Assembly (NCBI GenBank): GCA_963772835.1
Contig: CAVYYZ010000008.1
Coordinates: 224,001 to 288,000, forward strand
Length of the DNA stretch: 64,000 nt
Reading direction: 5' to 3'
From: an uncultured delta proteobacterium
GTDB taxonomy: Bacteria; Desulfobacterota; Desulfuromonadia; Geobacterales; Pseudopelobacteraceae
Part shown: one piece after another, positions 20,909-30,020 of the stretch
Layout: the number at the start of each line of letters is the position of its first letter
Numbering within the stretch: position 1 is the stretch's first letter
The notes under the pieces: model-generated
Seen by the model: only the letters and a program-made list of their open reading frames with translations
The model's database searches: none
What the model was told of the DNA's origin: nothing
Position numbers and translations under genes: made by a program

Positions 20909-21877
20909 TCAGACGGCTTTTTTCTTCTGATGGAACTGTCCGGCGGTATTGATCGCTATTGCGGCGTGGTTGGCAAGGAGTGCGATAAACTCGCATTCTG
21001 TATCGGTGAACGAATTGCCCCCGTTTTTGCCGCAGATATTCACGACACCGGCCACTTTGTCCTTGATCCGGAGCGGGAAAGAAATGCACCCCTGTGCAGT
21101 CAGCAGGTCGCCGCACAGGTCTTCTTCAGTAATATGGCGGGCGTATTTTGAGGAGTCTTTTTCGTCTATTCTCAACGGTTTGTTCCGGGATGCGACCAGT
21201 CCCGATATGCCGCGGTCACAGGGTAATTTGAACATTTTGACCGTATCACGGCTGATACCGACGCTTATTTTCATGAAAAAGTGGCTGCCGGATTTGTCCA
21301 GAAGGAGGAGATACCCCTGCTTTGCATCCAGTTGCTCTACCGCTTTTTCTACAAGTATGCGAAGGATGCCGGCGACTTCCGTGGTCGAAGAGAGAAGGCT
21401 GCAGAGGCGGTTAGTGGTTTTCATCATATCCAGAGCCTCCTGCAGCTGTCTGTTTTTGACCGAGAGGTCTGCAACAAGGAGTTCATTCTGTTGCTGGAGG
21501 CCCTTTTTTTCAAGCGCCCGCTTTACGACATTGGAAAGGATGTTCTCGTCGTCTATCGGCTTCACCAGATAGTCGTATGCTCCCAGGCGTAACGCCCTGA
21601 TTGTTGTATATGACGATGAGGTACTCGATATGACAATAACGTCGATGAGCGGCTTGCTGTCCTTCATGAGTTTGAGCATGTTGAGGCCGCTCATGCCGGG
21701 GAGGATGATGTCGGCCAGCACGAGGTCGAATTCCGTTTCCTGAAAGATCTCCAGAGCCTCTTCGGCCGATTCGCACAGGGTTACGAGATACCCGTTTTTG
21801 ACAAGCTGGTCTCCTAATACCTTCAGGATCATCGGCGAATCATCCACTAACAGGATGTGTGGTGTATCCGTCTTCAC
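20909..21877 (-). CDS. Response regulator: REC + coiled coil + GAF
   Basis: ILLVDD, DIILPGMSG and GAYDYLVKP motifs; C-terminal GAF pattern (GISGLVA..PL.I..SFPL...VAGVVN..FT..E..LANHAAIAI). Confidence 0.85.
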   Translation of the reverse strand: MKTDTPHILLVDDSPMILKVLGDQLVKNGYLVTLCESAEEALEIFQETEFDLVLADIILPGMSGLNMLKLMKDSKPLIDVIVISSTSSSYTTIRALRLGAYDYLVKPIDDENILSNVVKRALEKKGLQQQNELLVADLSVKNRQLQEALDMMKTTNRLCSLLSSTTEVAGILRILVEKAVEQLDAKQGYLLLLDKSGSHFFMKISVGISRDTVKMFKLPCDRGISGLVASRNKPLRIDEKDSSKYARHITEEDLCGDLLTAQGCISFPLRIKDKVAGVVNICGKNGGNSFTDTECEFIALLANHAAIAINTAGQFHQKKKAV

Positions 21878-22086
21878 AAAAATGTCCCTCCCCGCGCAGT
21901 ATCAGATGGAATCAGAAACGGGAGTATATCCGAATACCGTGAAAAAGCAACGGATGTCGTACGGAAGGGTGCCGGCATTTGAATACTGGTGTGAAACACG
22001 GGCATTATCACCGGCACTTTCCCCTGTAAGGCGTTGTTGATCGGTCAGACTCGATTCACGTGTCTCAAAGGTTCATGCAACCATTT

Positions 22087-22115
22087 AAAAGGCGGCCGTT
22101 TCGGCCGCCTTTTTT
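22087..22115. terminator. Bidirectional terminator (GGCGGCC palindrome family)
   Basis: AAAAGGCGGCCG-ttt-CGGCCGCCTTTTTT. Confidence 0.75.
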
Positions 22116-22129
22116 GTTACGCCCGCTGC

Positions 22130-22504
22130 TCACGACGCAGGCATGCAAGAAACCGGGTTCATCTGCCACAGGGCCAGTGTCGCCCCGGTCGGATCGGTGA
22201 TGACGCTGAACCTGCCAATGCCGGGGATCTCGGTGACCTCCTTGCAGATCGTCCCTCCGAGGGCCCGTGCTTTCTCGGTAGCGCCGGCCGCATCATCCAC
22301 ATTGACGTAGGCCAGCCAGTATGACGGTGAGTCCGGTTGAACAGTTTTCATCATGCCACCGCCGGTCCCTTCCCCCACATTGATCATTGTGTAGTCCATC
22401 CCCGGTATGTCTTCCAGCTTCCAATCGAACAACCCGGAATAAAACGTCTTGGCTTTGGCCACATCAGTGGTCATTAACTCGATATGCACGAACGGATTTG
22501 CCAT
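22130..22504 (-). CDS. VOC / glyoxalase family protein
   Basis: FVHIEL.T.D...AK.FY..LFDW, WLAYV.VDD and G.F.VITDPTGA motifs. Confidence 0.88.
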   Translation of the reverse strand: MANPFVHIELMTTDVAKAKTFYSGLFDWKLEDIPGMDYTMINVGEGTGGGMMKTVQPDSPSYWLAYVNVDDAAGATEKARALGGTICKEVTEIPGIGRFSVITDPTGATLALWQMNPVSCMPAS

Positions 22505-22713
22505 GACACTTCTCCTTTCTGATTGAATAGATGTTTCATACGTCCATTTTACTCCGCCATTTGAAAAATAAAAGCTGAATACTATCGGCGGAACGCGGGC
22601 TGAAGGCCTGCTGAATCATTGATGGTAGAAGTATTGTGCGTGATGGTGTATAAAAAGCAGTATCATACCGCCAACGCGGGATGGGCAGATTACCCCTGCG
22701 GGAGTACAAACAT

Positions 22714-22929
22714 ATGCATGTAGATCTGGATGTGATGAAAAACCTGATCAGCAAACGAAGCGATGAAATTGAAAAGTGTGTTGTTGGAACCGGTTATCTG
22801 GCAAAAAGAGTCATCGGCGTCGGCACTTTTTTACTCGATAACGAAGGGGATATCGACCTGCTGTCCGCAAAACAGAAGGTCATCTTTGAAAAATTTCTTC
22901 TGCCGCTGCTGGGTCTGCCGCGCCGTTAG
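22714..22929 (+). CDS. Small hypothetical protein
   Basis: GGAG RBS and ATG 22714; 71 aa, fills the gap between genes. Confidence 0.55.
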   Translation: MHVDLDVMKNLISKRSDEIEKCVVGTGYLAKRVIGVGTFLLDNEGDIDLLSAKQKVIFEKFLLPLLGLPRR

Positions 22930-22985
22930 ACGGCAGTGAACAAGCTATGATTTTTCAGCTCACAGGTGTCATCAGGAGGATGAGC

Positions 22986-24140
22986 ATGATAAGACTGTTC
23001 TGTTCTGCGCTATTTATGCTGTTACTGGTATCCGGCTGTGGTTGGAACGACACTCCGACCCGGGAAAACGACTTTACCTCGCTGACATCTATTACAATCA
23101 GTGCGGCCTCTCCGACGATAGCCATGGATACATCTGCCAGACTTACCGCAACCGGCAACTACTCGGGTCTTTACACCCGGGACATTACCGACCAGGTCGT
23201 CTGGTCGAGCGCTTCACCGGTCGTGGCTGATTTTGTATCCGGGATTCCGGGCAGGGTGAAAGGCATTGCCCCGGGGACCGCCATCCTGAAGGCGACCGTG
23301 GGGAGCGTGTCGTCGACCTACTTGGTGACGGTCAGTTCTGCTACCATAGCGAGCATTGTGGTTACCCCCGCGGCACCGTCAGTCGCCGCAGGACTGAACA
23401 CACAGTTTACCGCAACCGGTACTTTCTCTGACTCAACAACCCAAGACCTGACCTTTGATGCCACCTGGTCTTCAGCCCCCGGCACATTTGCGACCGTAAG
23501 CAACGCCCCCGCCAGCAAGGGGATTGCCCATGCAATCGCAGTCGGCTCAGAGACAATTACCGCGACTTTCGGCTCTGCCCCTGTCAGCGGCACAGTGACG
23601 CTGAACGTCACACCGGCGATACTTCAGTCAATTGTGGTCACACCGATCAACTCTTCAATCGCAGGTTTATCAAAAACAGTGACTTTCGCTGCTGCCGGCA
23701 CGTATTCCGACGGAACGATTGTCGACGTCACCGGTTCGGCTGTCTGGGCATCATCCCTGATGGGTATTGCCACGATTTCCGCCGGCGGGACAGCCACTAC
23801 AGTTGCAGCGGGAACGACCTCCATCAGTGCCACACTGGGCAGCATCAGCGGTAAAACAAACCTCACAGTGACGGCTCTTGTTCTGAATACTAACGGACTG
23901 CAAATCACTCCGGCCAACCCGAATGTGGGCGCCGGATCGCCTCTGCAACTGACTTTAACCGCAACCTTTACCGACGGTTCGACCCAGAATGTGGCTGCCA
24001 GCAGCACCTGGATCTCCGGCGACATAACGAAAGCGACCGTTAACAGTACCGGGTTGGTCACCGGAGTCGCCGCAGGCTCAACCATTATTACTGCATCGTA
24101 TGGCAATCAATCGACAACGACCATAGTCACCGTACCGTAA
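22986..24140 (+). CDS. Lipoprotein with about four bacterial Ig-like (Big_2, intimin/invasin/Lig-type) domains
   Basis: Lipobox LVSGC; repeated SI.VTP....A.GT(F/Y)SDG...D.T....W.S units; Thr/Ser/Ala-rich. Confidence 0.85.
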   Translation: MIRLFCSALFMLLLVSGCGWNDTPTRENDFTSLTSITISAASPTIAMDTSARLTATGNYSGLYTRDITDQVVWSSASPVVADFVSGIPGRVKGIAPGTAILKATVGSVSSTYLVTVSSATIASIVVTPAAPSVAAGLNTQFTATGTFSDSTTQDLTFDATWSSAPGTFATVSNAPASKGIAHAIAVGSETITATFGSAPVSGTVTLNVTPAILQSIVVTPINSSIAGLSKTVTFAAAGTYSDGTIVDVTGSAVWASSLMGIATISAGGTATTVAAGTTSISATLGSISGKTNLTVTALVLNTNGLQITPANPNVGAGSPLQLTLTATFTDGSTQNVAASSTWISGDITKATVNSTGLVTGVAAGSTIITASYGNQSTTTIVTVP

Positions 24141-24175
24141 CGAGAAAAATATTACTGATTACAGGGAAGGACGAT

Positions 24176-24826
24176 ATGAAACGAACCTGGCGGATGATAC
24201 TTACCCTCTGTCTGCTGCTCCTGTTCAGTGGACAGGCCATGGCAGAACACTCGGGACCCTATGTCGCTGCTTTTATTGGCGGAAGTGCGTTGATGGCTGC
24301 CAAGAGTACTGACAGCCTTGGTGACTTCAACCTTACTTTTAAACCTGATTTGCTGGGAAGCGCAGTACTCGGCTGGGATTTTGTGCCGGGAGACCCGGTG
24401 GGACCGGGGAGGATCGAACTTGAATACACCCGGCGCAGAAGTCCTCTCGACCAGGTAAAGTTTGTCGAAGGGAGTTTCACGGGGGGGGGCGACGTAACTG
24501 CGGAAAGCCTGCTGCTCAATTTTTTCGGTGTCTTCCGTAATAAAGGGCCCATGGCGCCTTATTTCGGGGTCGGTGTGGGAGCTGCCCGCATGGGAGCTTC
24601 TGCTCTGACGGTGACTAACGAACCTCTGGCCACCGGTTCAGATATAGTCTTTGCGTATCAGGTGGGGACCGGTGTTGAGTTCGCTCTCACAAATTATTTG
24701 AGCCTCGATCTCGGGTACCGCTTTTTCAGCGGAACCCGCCCCAAGTTCACCGAGGCCAACGGTAAAAATTTTAAAATGGATTATCTCAGCCATAGTGCCA
24801 TGCTTGGCTTGCGACTAGGATTCTAA
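24176..24826 (+). CDS. Small outer-membrane beta-barrel protein (opacity/OmpA-like membrane domain)
   Basis: Signal peptide; RIELEY, PYFGVGVG, FAYQVG.G and LDLGYRF motifs; C-terminal Phe. Confidence 0.82.
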   Translation: MKRTWRMILTLCLLLLFSGQAMAEHSGPYVAAFIGGSALMAAKSTDSLGDFNLTFKPDLLGSAVLGWDFVPGDPVGPGRIELEYTRRRSPLDQVKFVEGSFTGGGDVTAESLLLNFFGVFRNKGPMAPYFGVGVGAARMGASALTVTNEPLATGSDIVFAYQVGTGVEFALTNYLSLDLGYRFFSGTRPKFTEANGKNFKMDYLSHSAMLGLRLGF

Positions 24827-24858
24827 CGGTTATCTGTCGCTTGACTGAGCAAAATATC

Positions 24859-26994
24859 ATGTTTTGGTTCCGGATTGTCCGGTTCCGGAGGAAGCAATTA
24901 GTGGTCTTCTTGTACAAGCGAACAAAATATACGCTTTTCTTCGCAACCGCTGTTTTTCTGTTCTTAATTCTTGCCCATTTGGCTCACGCCCAGGAAGGTT
25001 TTGCCACATATCCACCACTACCGCCCGGTTACACCTCCATACGGGTTTTCGACAGCCAGAGCCAGTTTGTCGGCCGCATTCTTCCGGAGAAGAGATACTG
25101 GGTCACCATAGATCGTATCCCCGAGTTTCTTCAAAAGGCCGTCGTGGCCGTGGAAGATGCCCGCTTTTATGAGCATAACGGTATCGATATCCGCGGGATC
25201 GCACGGGCACTGGTGAAAGATGTGGTCAAACGGAAAATGGTCGAAGGTGGTTCGACCATCACCCAGCAGTTGATTAAAAACAGATACCTGTCCGGAGAGA
25301 AAACACTTGAACGAAAGTTTGATGAAGCCCGGCTGGCCATAGAATTTGAACAGAAATACAACAAAAAGCAGATCCTGGAGATGTACTTCAATGAAATCTA
25401 TTACGGGAACGGTGCCTGGGGTATTGGCCAGGCTGCCCGACTCTATTTCGATAAAAATCCCGAGGAGCTGACCGACGCCGAGTGTGCCCAGTTGGCCGGC
25501 GTGCAAAAAAATCCTGCCCGCTACAACCCTCTCGGAAAATCGGCCAATGTCACGGGGCGTCGGGATGTGGTCCTCAAACGGATGGTTGGTTTGAATATGA
25601 TATCTGCCCGTCAAAGCCAGACGTTGCGAGCCAATCCGGCTTCAGTGGTAAAGTCAGGCCAGGCACTGCAGTACATTGCTCATGTCAGGAACATACTGAT
25701 CGAGCGTTACGGAGCGGAAATAATAGAGCAGGGTGGTCTGGAAGTGACCGCGGCTCTTAATCTGAACCTGCAAAAGCAGGCAGAGCTGGCGTTGAGTGAG
25801 GGGGTAAAAAAGATTTCTCCGCAGCTGCAGGGTGCTTTGATCTGTCTGGACACCGCCACGGGGAATCTTCTGGCAGCCGTGGGTGGAGTCGATGCAATAC
25901 AGACCGCCTACAACCGCGCTTTCCTTGCCAAACGGCAGCCAGGTTCAGCCATCAAGCCAATGATTTATGCCGCGGCGCTGGAGCGCGGTTATACCGCCGG
26001 AAGTGTCTTTGATGATGTGCCCGTAGAATATAACCGCGGAAACGGTGAAGTCTGGAAGCCGCAGAATTACGGCGCGGAACAGTATGGAGTGCTCTCCCTC
26101 AGGCAGGCCCTTGCCTACTCAAACAATGTCATAGCGGTAAAGCTCCTTGACGCCATCGGCATTCCGTATTTTGTCAATTTTGCCGGCAAACTGGGACTGC
26201 GGTTACGGGCTGAAAACGGTCTCTCCCTCGCTCTTGGAACAGATGAAGTCACTTTGAATGATCTCGTTCTGGCATATGCCCCTCTGGCGACCGGGGGGGT
26301 GCGCCCCGAGGCGAGGGCAATTATCCGTATTTATGATCGCAACCGCCGGACGTGGGTAGAAAATCCTCCGGTGCTCACCCCTGTTCTCTCTCCGGCCACA
26401 GCCTTTGTCACCACCCAGATGCTGAAGGACGTCATGATCTATGGCACCGCCAAGAGTCTCAAAAAATTCAGCCAGGAACGACCGTCTGCCGGCAAAACCG
26501 GTACTACCGATGATTATCGGGATGCCTGGTTTGTCGGATATACTCCGCAGATAGTGACCGGCGTCTGGGTGGGATATGACAAACCGAAACCGGTGGGGAA
26601 AGGCTTTACCGGCGGGGCTGCTGCTGCTCCCATCTGGGAACGGTTCATGAACAAAGTTATGGCTTCAAAACCGGTTGTGGATTTCGTGCAGCCGGATACG
26701 GTCGTTTCAGTTGCAATTGACCCGGTGACCGGTTATCTTTCTACGATCGACTGTCCGTTGAAACGCGATGAGTTTTATATCGCAGGGACCGAGCCGACCC
26801 AGTATTGCCCCACACACGGCGGGAATGTTATTACGCCGTTACTGTCGCCACTGTCGCCATTGCCATTGCCATTGCCATTGCCATTGCCATTGCCATTGCC
26901 ATTGCCATTGCCGGTGCCGGTGCCGGTGCCGGATGTTCCCGGATATCTCCCGGCACCGGGGGCGCATGAATCGGAAACGACCGGGAAAGAATAG
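24859..26994 (+). CDS. Class A penicillin-binding protein (PBP1A family); start approximate
   Basis: Transglycosylase EDARFYEHNG and GGSTITQQL; transpeptidase SAIK, SNN and KTG motifs. Confidence 0.93.
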   Translation: MFWFRIVRFRRKQLVVFLYKRTKYTLFFATAVFLFLILAHLAHAQEGFATYPPLPPGYTSIRVFDSQSQFVGRILPEKRYWVTIDRIPEFLQKAVVAVEDARFYEHNGIDIRGIARALVKDVVKRKMVEGGSTITQQLIKNRYLSGEKTLERKFDEARLAIEFEQKYNKKQILEMYFNEIYYGNGAWGIGQAARLYFDKNPEELTDAECAQLAGVQKNPARYNPLGKSANVTGRRDVVLKRMVGLNMISARQSQTLRANPASVVKSGQALQYIAHVRNILIERYGAEIIEQGGLEVTAALNLNLQKQAELALSEGVKKISPQLQGALICLDTATGNLLAAVGGVDAIQTAYNRAFLAKRQPGSAIKPMIYAAALERGYTAGSVFDDVPVEYNRGNGEVWKPQNYGAEQYGVLSLRQALAYSNNVIAVKLLDAIGIPYFVNFAGKLGLRLRAENGLSLALGTDEVTLNDLVLAYAPLATGGVRPEARAIIRIYDRNRRTWVENPPVLTPVLSPATAFVTTQMLKDVMIYGTAKSLKKFSQERPSAGKTGTTDDYRDAWFVGYTPQIVTGVWVGYDKPKPVGKGFTGGAAAAPIWERFMNKVMASKPVVDFVQPDTVVSVAIDPVTGYLSTIDCPLKRDEFYIAGTEPTQYCPTHGGNVITPLLSPLSPLPLPLPLPLPLPLPLPLPVPVPVPDVPGYLPAPGAHESETTGKE
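26857..26928 (+). repeat. In-frame hexanucleotide tandem repeat (CCATTG)9(CCGGTG)3
   Basis: Direct reading; encodes (Pro-Leu)9(Pro-Val)3 near the PBP C-terminus. Confidence 0.95.
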
Positions 26995-27058
26995 GGCGTT
27001 TCGTTGAGGGTATTGAAAGTTGGAAACAGTAAACACGACTACGTGTTCGGGAGGAAGT

Positions 27059-27481
27059 ATGGATACTGACAGCAGCAGGAGGACTTTTTTAGGAGTTGTG
27101 CTTGGCGGTCTGAGTGTCGTTGCGGCTGCCGCGGTCTCCTGGCCGCTGTTCCGGTATCTGGCGCCACGTTCCGGTGGTGAAATTGCCGGAAAGGTTGTGA
27201 TACCTGATACGGATGTCCGTGAAGGCGAAGCAAAATTTTTCGAATTTGCCGGATCTTCGGCGGTTCTGGTCCGGAAAAGGGGGGGTGATCTTGTTGCCCT
27301 TTCTGCGGTCTGTACACATTTGGGGTGCATTGTGCAATGGGAAAAAGACAAGCAGGACTTCCTCTGCCCATGCCATGGCGGACATTACACCGCAGATGGC
27401 GCAGTGACGGCCGGTCCTCCTCCGAAGCCGCTGAAAGTTCTGCCGTTTTCAGTTGCCGGGGGAAAAATTACCGTTGGATGA
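27059..27481 (+). CDS. Rieske [2Fe-2S] subunit of a bc-type complex (Cbc3 / CbcV-like)
   Basis: Tat motif SRRTFL; CTHLGC and CPCHG boxes; GGAGG RBS. Confidence 0.93.
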   Translation: MDTDSSRRTFLGVVLGGLSVVAAAAVSWPLFRYLAPRSGGEIAGKVVIPDTDVREGEAKFFEFAGSSAVLVRKRGGDLVALSAVCTHLGCIVQWEKDKQDFLCPCHGGHYTADGAVTAGPPPKPLKVLPFSVAGGKITVG

Positions 27482-27504
27482 ATTGATTTGTGGAAGGAGC
27501 CGGT

Positions 27505-28608
27505 ATGGAACTCATAAAAAAAATAGTTGACTGGGTCGATGTTCGTGTCGGAATCCGCGAGGTGACAGAGAAGGAACTCACCGGATATCTCCTGCCGAAA
27601 AACATAAATGTCTGGTACTCCATGGGAAGCATATTGATGTTCGCTTTTGCCCTGCAGATTGTTACCGGAATGCTGCTCCTGATCTATTACGTACCGGATG
27701 CAGACAAAGCATTCAAGAGTGTTACCGCCATTATGAATGACGTGCCATACGGATGGCTGATCCGCATGCTACACGCTGTCGGTTCAAATATGATGGTATT
27801 GGTGCTGCTGCTCCATATGCTTTCAGTGCTGTTCATGGGGAGTTACAAAAAACCTCGTGAATTGAACTGGGTGACCGGTTTTATTCTTCTCAGCATGATA
27901 CAGGGCATATCTCTTACCGGATATCTTCTCCCCTGGAGCCAGTTGTCTTTCTGGGCCACCACCGTGGCTACCAACAGCGCCAATGCGATACCGGTGGTGG
28001 GGCCGTACCTTGTGGAGTTTCTGCGCGGCAGTCCGCTGGTCGGCCCCCCGACTCTGGGGCGATTCTTCGCGTTGCATGTAGCGGTCATACCGGCCGGAAT
28101 CGCGGCCATGATCGGCGCCCATCTCTTCTTCCTCAAGCGTACCGGAGTATCAACGCCTCCCTTTGGACAGCAGGAGACGTCCAACCAGTGGTCGGGCGGG
28201 AGCTATACTCATGAAAACCATCCGGGCGGGATCCCGTTTTTCCCCAATTTTGCACTTGAAGACCTGAGGTCGATCGCAATTTACATGGCCATTTTTCTGG
28301 CGGTGGTCTTTTTCGACCCCTACCTGTTCTTTCCGAAGGATGCTTTCATCCCGGCCAACGCCTTTGTGACACCGGCGCACATAAAGCCGGAATGGTACTT
28401 CCTGGCCAACTATCAGACGTTGAAAATTTTCCCCAATGAGCTGATAGGTCTGTCACTGCAGGGTGCTGCGATGACCTTTCTGGCGCTGCTTCCCTTTATA
28501 GATCGAGGCAGGGAGCGCCATCCCCTGAAACGACCGTTATTCCTGGCCTGCTCTATCGGCGGACTGCTGCTCTGGATCGGGCTGAGTATCTGGGGGCATT
28601 TATCATGA
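27505..28608 (+). CDS. Cytochrome b/b6 subunit (CbcW-like)
   Basis: GWLIRMLH, TGYLLPW.Q.SFWA, RFFALH and IKPEWYF motifs. Confidence 0.94.
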   Translation: MELIKKIVDWVDVRVGIREVTEKELTGYLLPKNINVWYSMGSILMFAFALQIVTGMLLLIYYVPDADKAFKSVTAIMNDVPYGWLIRMLHAVGSNMMVLVLLLHMLSVLFMGSYKKPRELNWVTGFILLSMIQGISLTGYLLPWSQLSFWATTVATNSANAIPVVGPYLVEFLRGSPLVGPPTLGRFFALHVAVIPAGIAAMIGAHLFFLKRTGVSTPPFGQQETSNQWSGGSYTHENHPGGIPFFPNFALEDLRSIAIYMAIFLAVVFFDPYLFFPKDAFIPANAFVTPAHIKPEWYFLANYQTLKIFPNELIGLSLQGAAMTFLALLPFIDRGRERHPLKRPLFLACSIGGLLLWIGLSIWGHLS

Positions 28609-29429
28609 AATATCGGAATACTGCCATGAAACTTCGATTACAACTGTGTGTCATGTTGCTGCTTGCTTTCGTACCATATCTGCTCCCGACGGCATCGTGC
28701 GCAGAAGAAGCAACAGAGATAGTCTGCATTCAGTGTCACTCCAAAATGCCTGAAAAATACAGCCAACCGGTAAAACTCTGGCGGGGCAGCATTCATGCCG
28801 AAAACGGCATCGCCTGCAATGGCTGCCACGGGGGCGATCCGAAAGATGCTGCAAACGCCATGAACCCGGCACGAGGTTTTCTGGGAGCTCCCAAGGAGCC
28901 GGCAATTCCGGCTTTCTGCGGCCGCTGCCATGTCGGAGTGTTAAAGGATTATCTGGCCAGTGCCCACGGTCGCATGCTGGGAAAAGGCGGGCCGACCTGT
29001 GTCACCTGTCACGGGAATCATCAGGTAATAAAGGCTTCCATTGAGTTGATTAACGAAAAGAGCTGCAGCCGCTGTCATAGTTTTGAGCGTGCCAGAATAA
29101 TTCGTGATGCCATGCAGGAGACCGAATCAATCATTGTGGCGATCGACGGGCGCATCAGTGCCTATACATTGACCGGGACCGACACCGGTAAACTGGAAAA
29201 GGATCTTTTTGCAGTACGCAATCGTTTCCATACCCTGTTCCACAACGTCAATGCGGATCTGGTTACAAAAGAATCAGCAGGGATTCAGGACGATCTGAAG
29301 AAAATCCAGATCGTACTTGCTACACTGGATGATGCGCAGCAGAAACGGAAAATTGCCGGGGCAGCTGCCGTGTCGTTCCTGCTGCTGTTTGCCCTGGTTC
29401 TGCACCTTTTTAGAAAGACAATTGACTAG
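28605..29429 (+). CDS. Membrane-anchored pentaheme cytochrome c (CbcX-like)
   Basis: Five CxxCH motifs (CIQCH, CNGCH, CGRCH, CVTCH, CSRCH); signal peptide; C-terminal TM helix. Confidence 0.9.
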   Translation: MKYRNTAMKLRLQLCVMLLLAFVPYLLPTASCAEEATEIVCIQCHSKMPEKYSQPVKLWRGSIHAENGIACNGCHGGDPKDAANAMNPARGFLGAPKEPAIPAFCGRCHVGVLKDYLASAHGRMLGKGGPTCVTCHGNHQVIKASIELINEKSCSRCHSFERARIIRDAMQETESIIVAIDGRISAYTLTGTDTGKLEKDLFAVRNRFHTLFHNVNADLVTKESAGIQDDLKKIQIVLATLDDAQQKRKIAGAAAVSFLLLFALVLHLFRKTID

Positions 29430-29467
29430 ACCCCGGTTTCTGATTCTTGATGCCGGCACTAACTCAG

Positions 29468-29496
29468 TTGACATTCTGAAGCTGGTTGCATACATT
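29468..29496 (+). promoter_or_regulatory. Sigma70-type promoter
   Basis: TTGACA-N17-TACATT upstream of the Cys-rich leader ORF. Confidence 0.65.
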
Positions 29497-29522
29497 GCCA
29501 TTATGATATATACGGACAATCC

Positions 29523-29876
29523 ATGAATTTCGCACGTGTCTATAATGTTTTTACCGCAACGGCTCTGATCGTCATATATCTGTTCCTTCCGGCAACGATC
29601 GGTGCCCATGCTGCCATCCTGAACGACATGTCCGGTTCCTCACCGGCCTACAGCACTACCGCTCCGGCACCGTGCGACAACTGCCCCTGCTCTGACGGGC
29701 AGGGTTCTGACTGCTGCGACACGACTTTCTGCAGCTGTGCGTGCCACGCGCCGCTTAGCAGCGGGCTACGCCTCACCTATGCTCCGCTTTTGGTGACCCA
29801 TAACTTCCGGGAGCAATCCTGGACATTGCCCCAGGTGTACCTTCCCATTTTTGTCCCTCCGCAAAACCCTGCCTGA
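29523..29876 (+). CDS. Small exported Cys-rich protein with C-terminal LPQVYLPIFVPPQ (putative arrest/leader peptide)
   Basis: Hydrophobic N-terminus ending AHA; 8 Cys; own promoter; clear paralog at 42511-42819. Confidence 0.78.
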   Translation: MNFARVYNVFTATALIVIYLFLPATIGAHAAILNDMSGSSPAYSTTAPAPCDNCPCSDGQGSDCCDTTFCSCACHAPLSSGLRLTYAPLLVTHNFREQSWTLPQVYLPIFVPPQNPA

Positions 29877-30020
29877 TATGCTTTGGAAAAAAATAATATA
29901 ACAGACCTGTTTTTACACCTGTATTTGCACCCATTCAGTTCAATGCCAAACCAGTTCTGACGCCCCCTCGGAGTCACTCCGGTGGGGGATGGCGGCACAC
30001 ATTTCAAGGAGACCGTGCTC

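Noticed and set aside
26768..27351. ORFs with (HC)n and (WQ)n repeats that look like metal-binding peptides
   Set aside because: They are alternate-frame and antisense shadows of the CCATTG microsatellite inside the PBP gene
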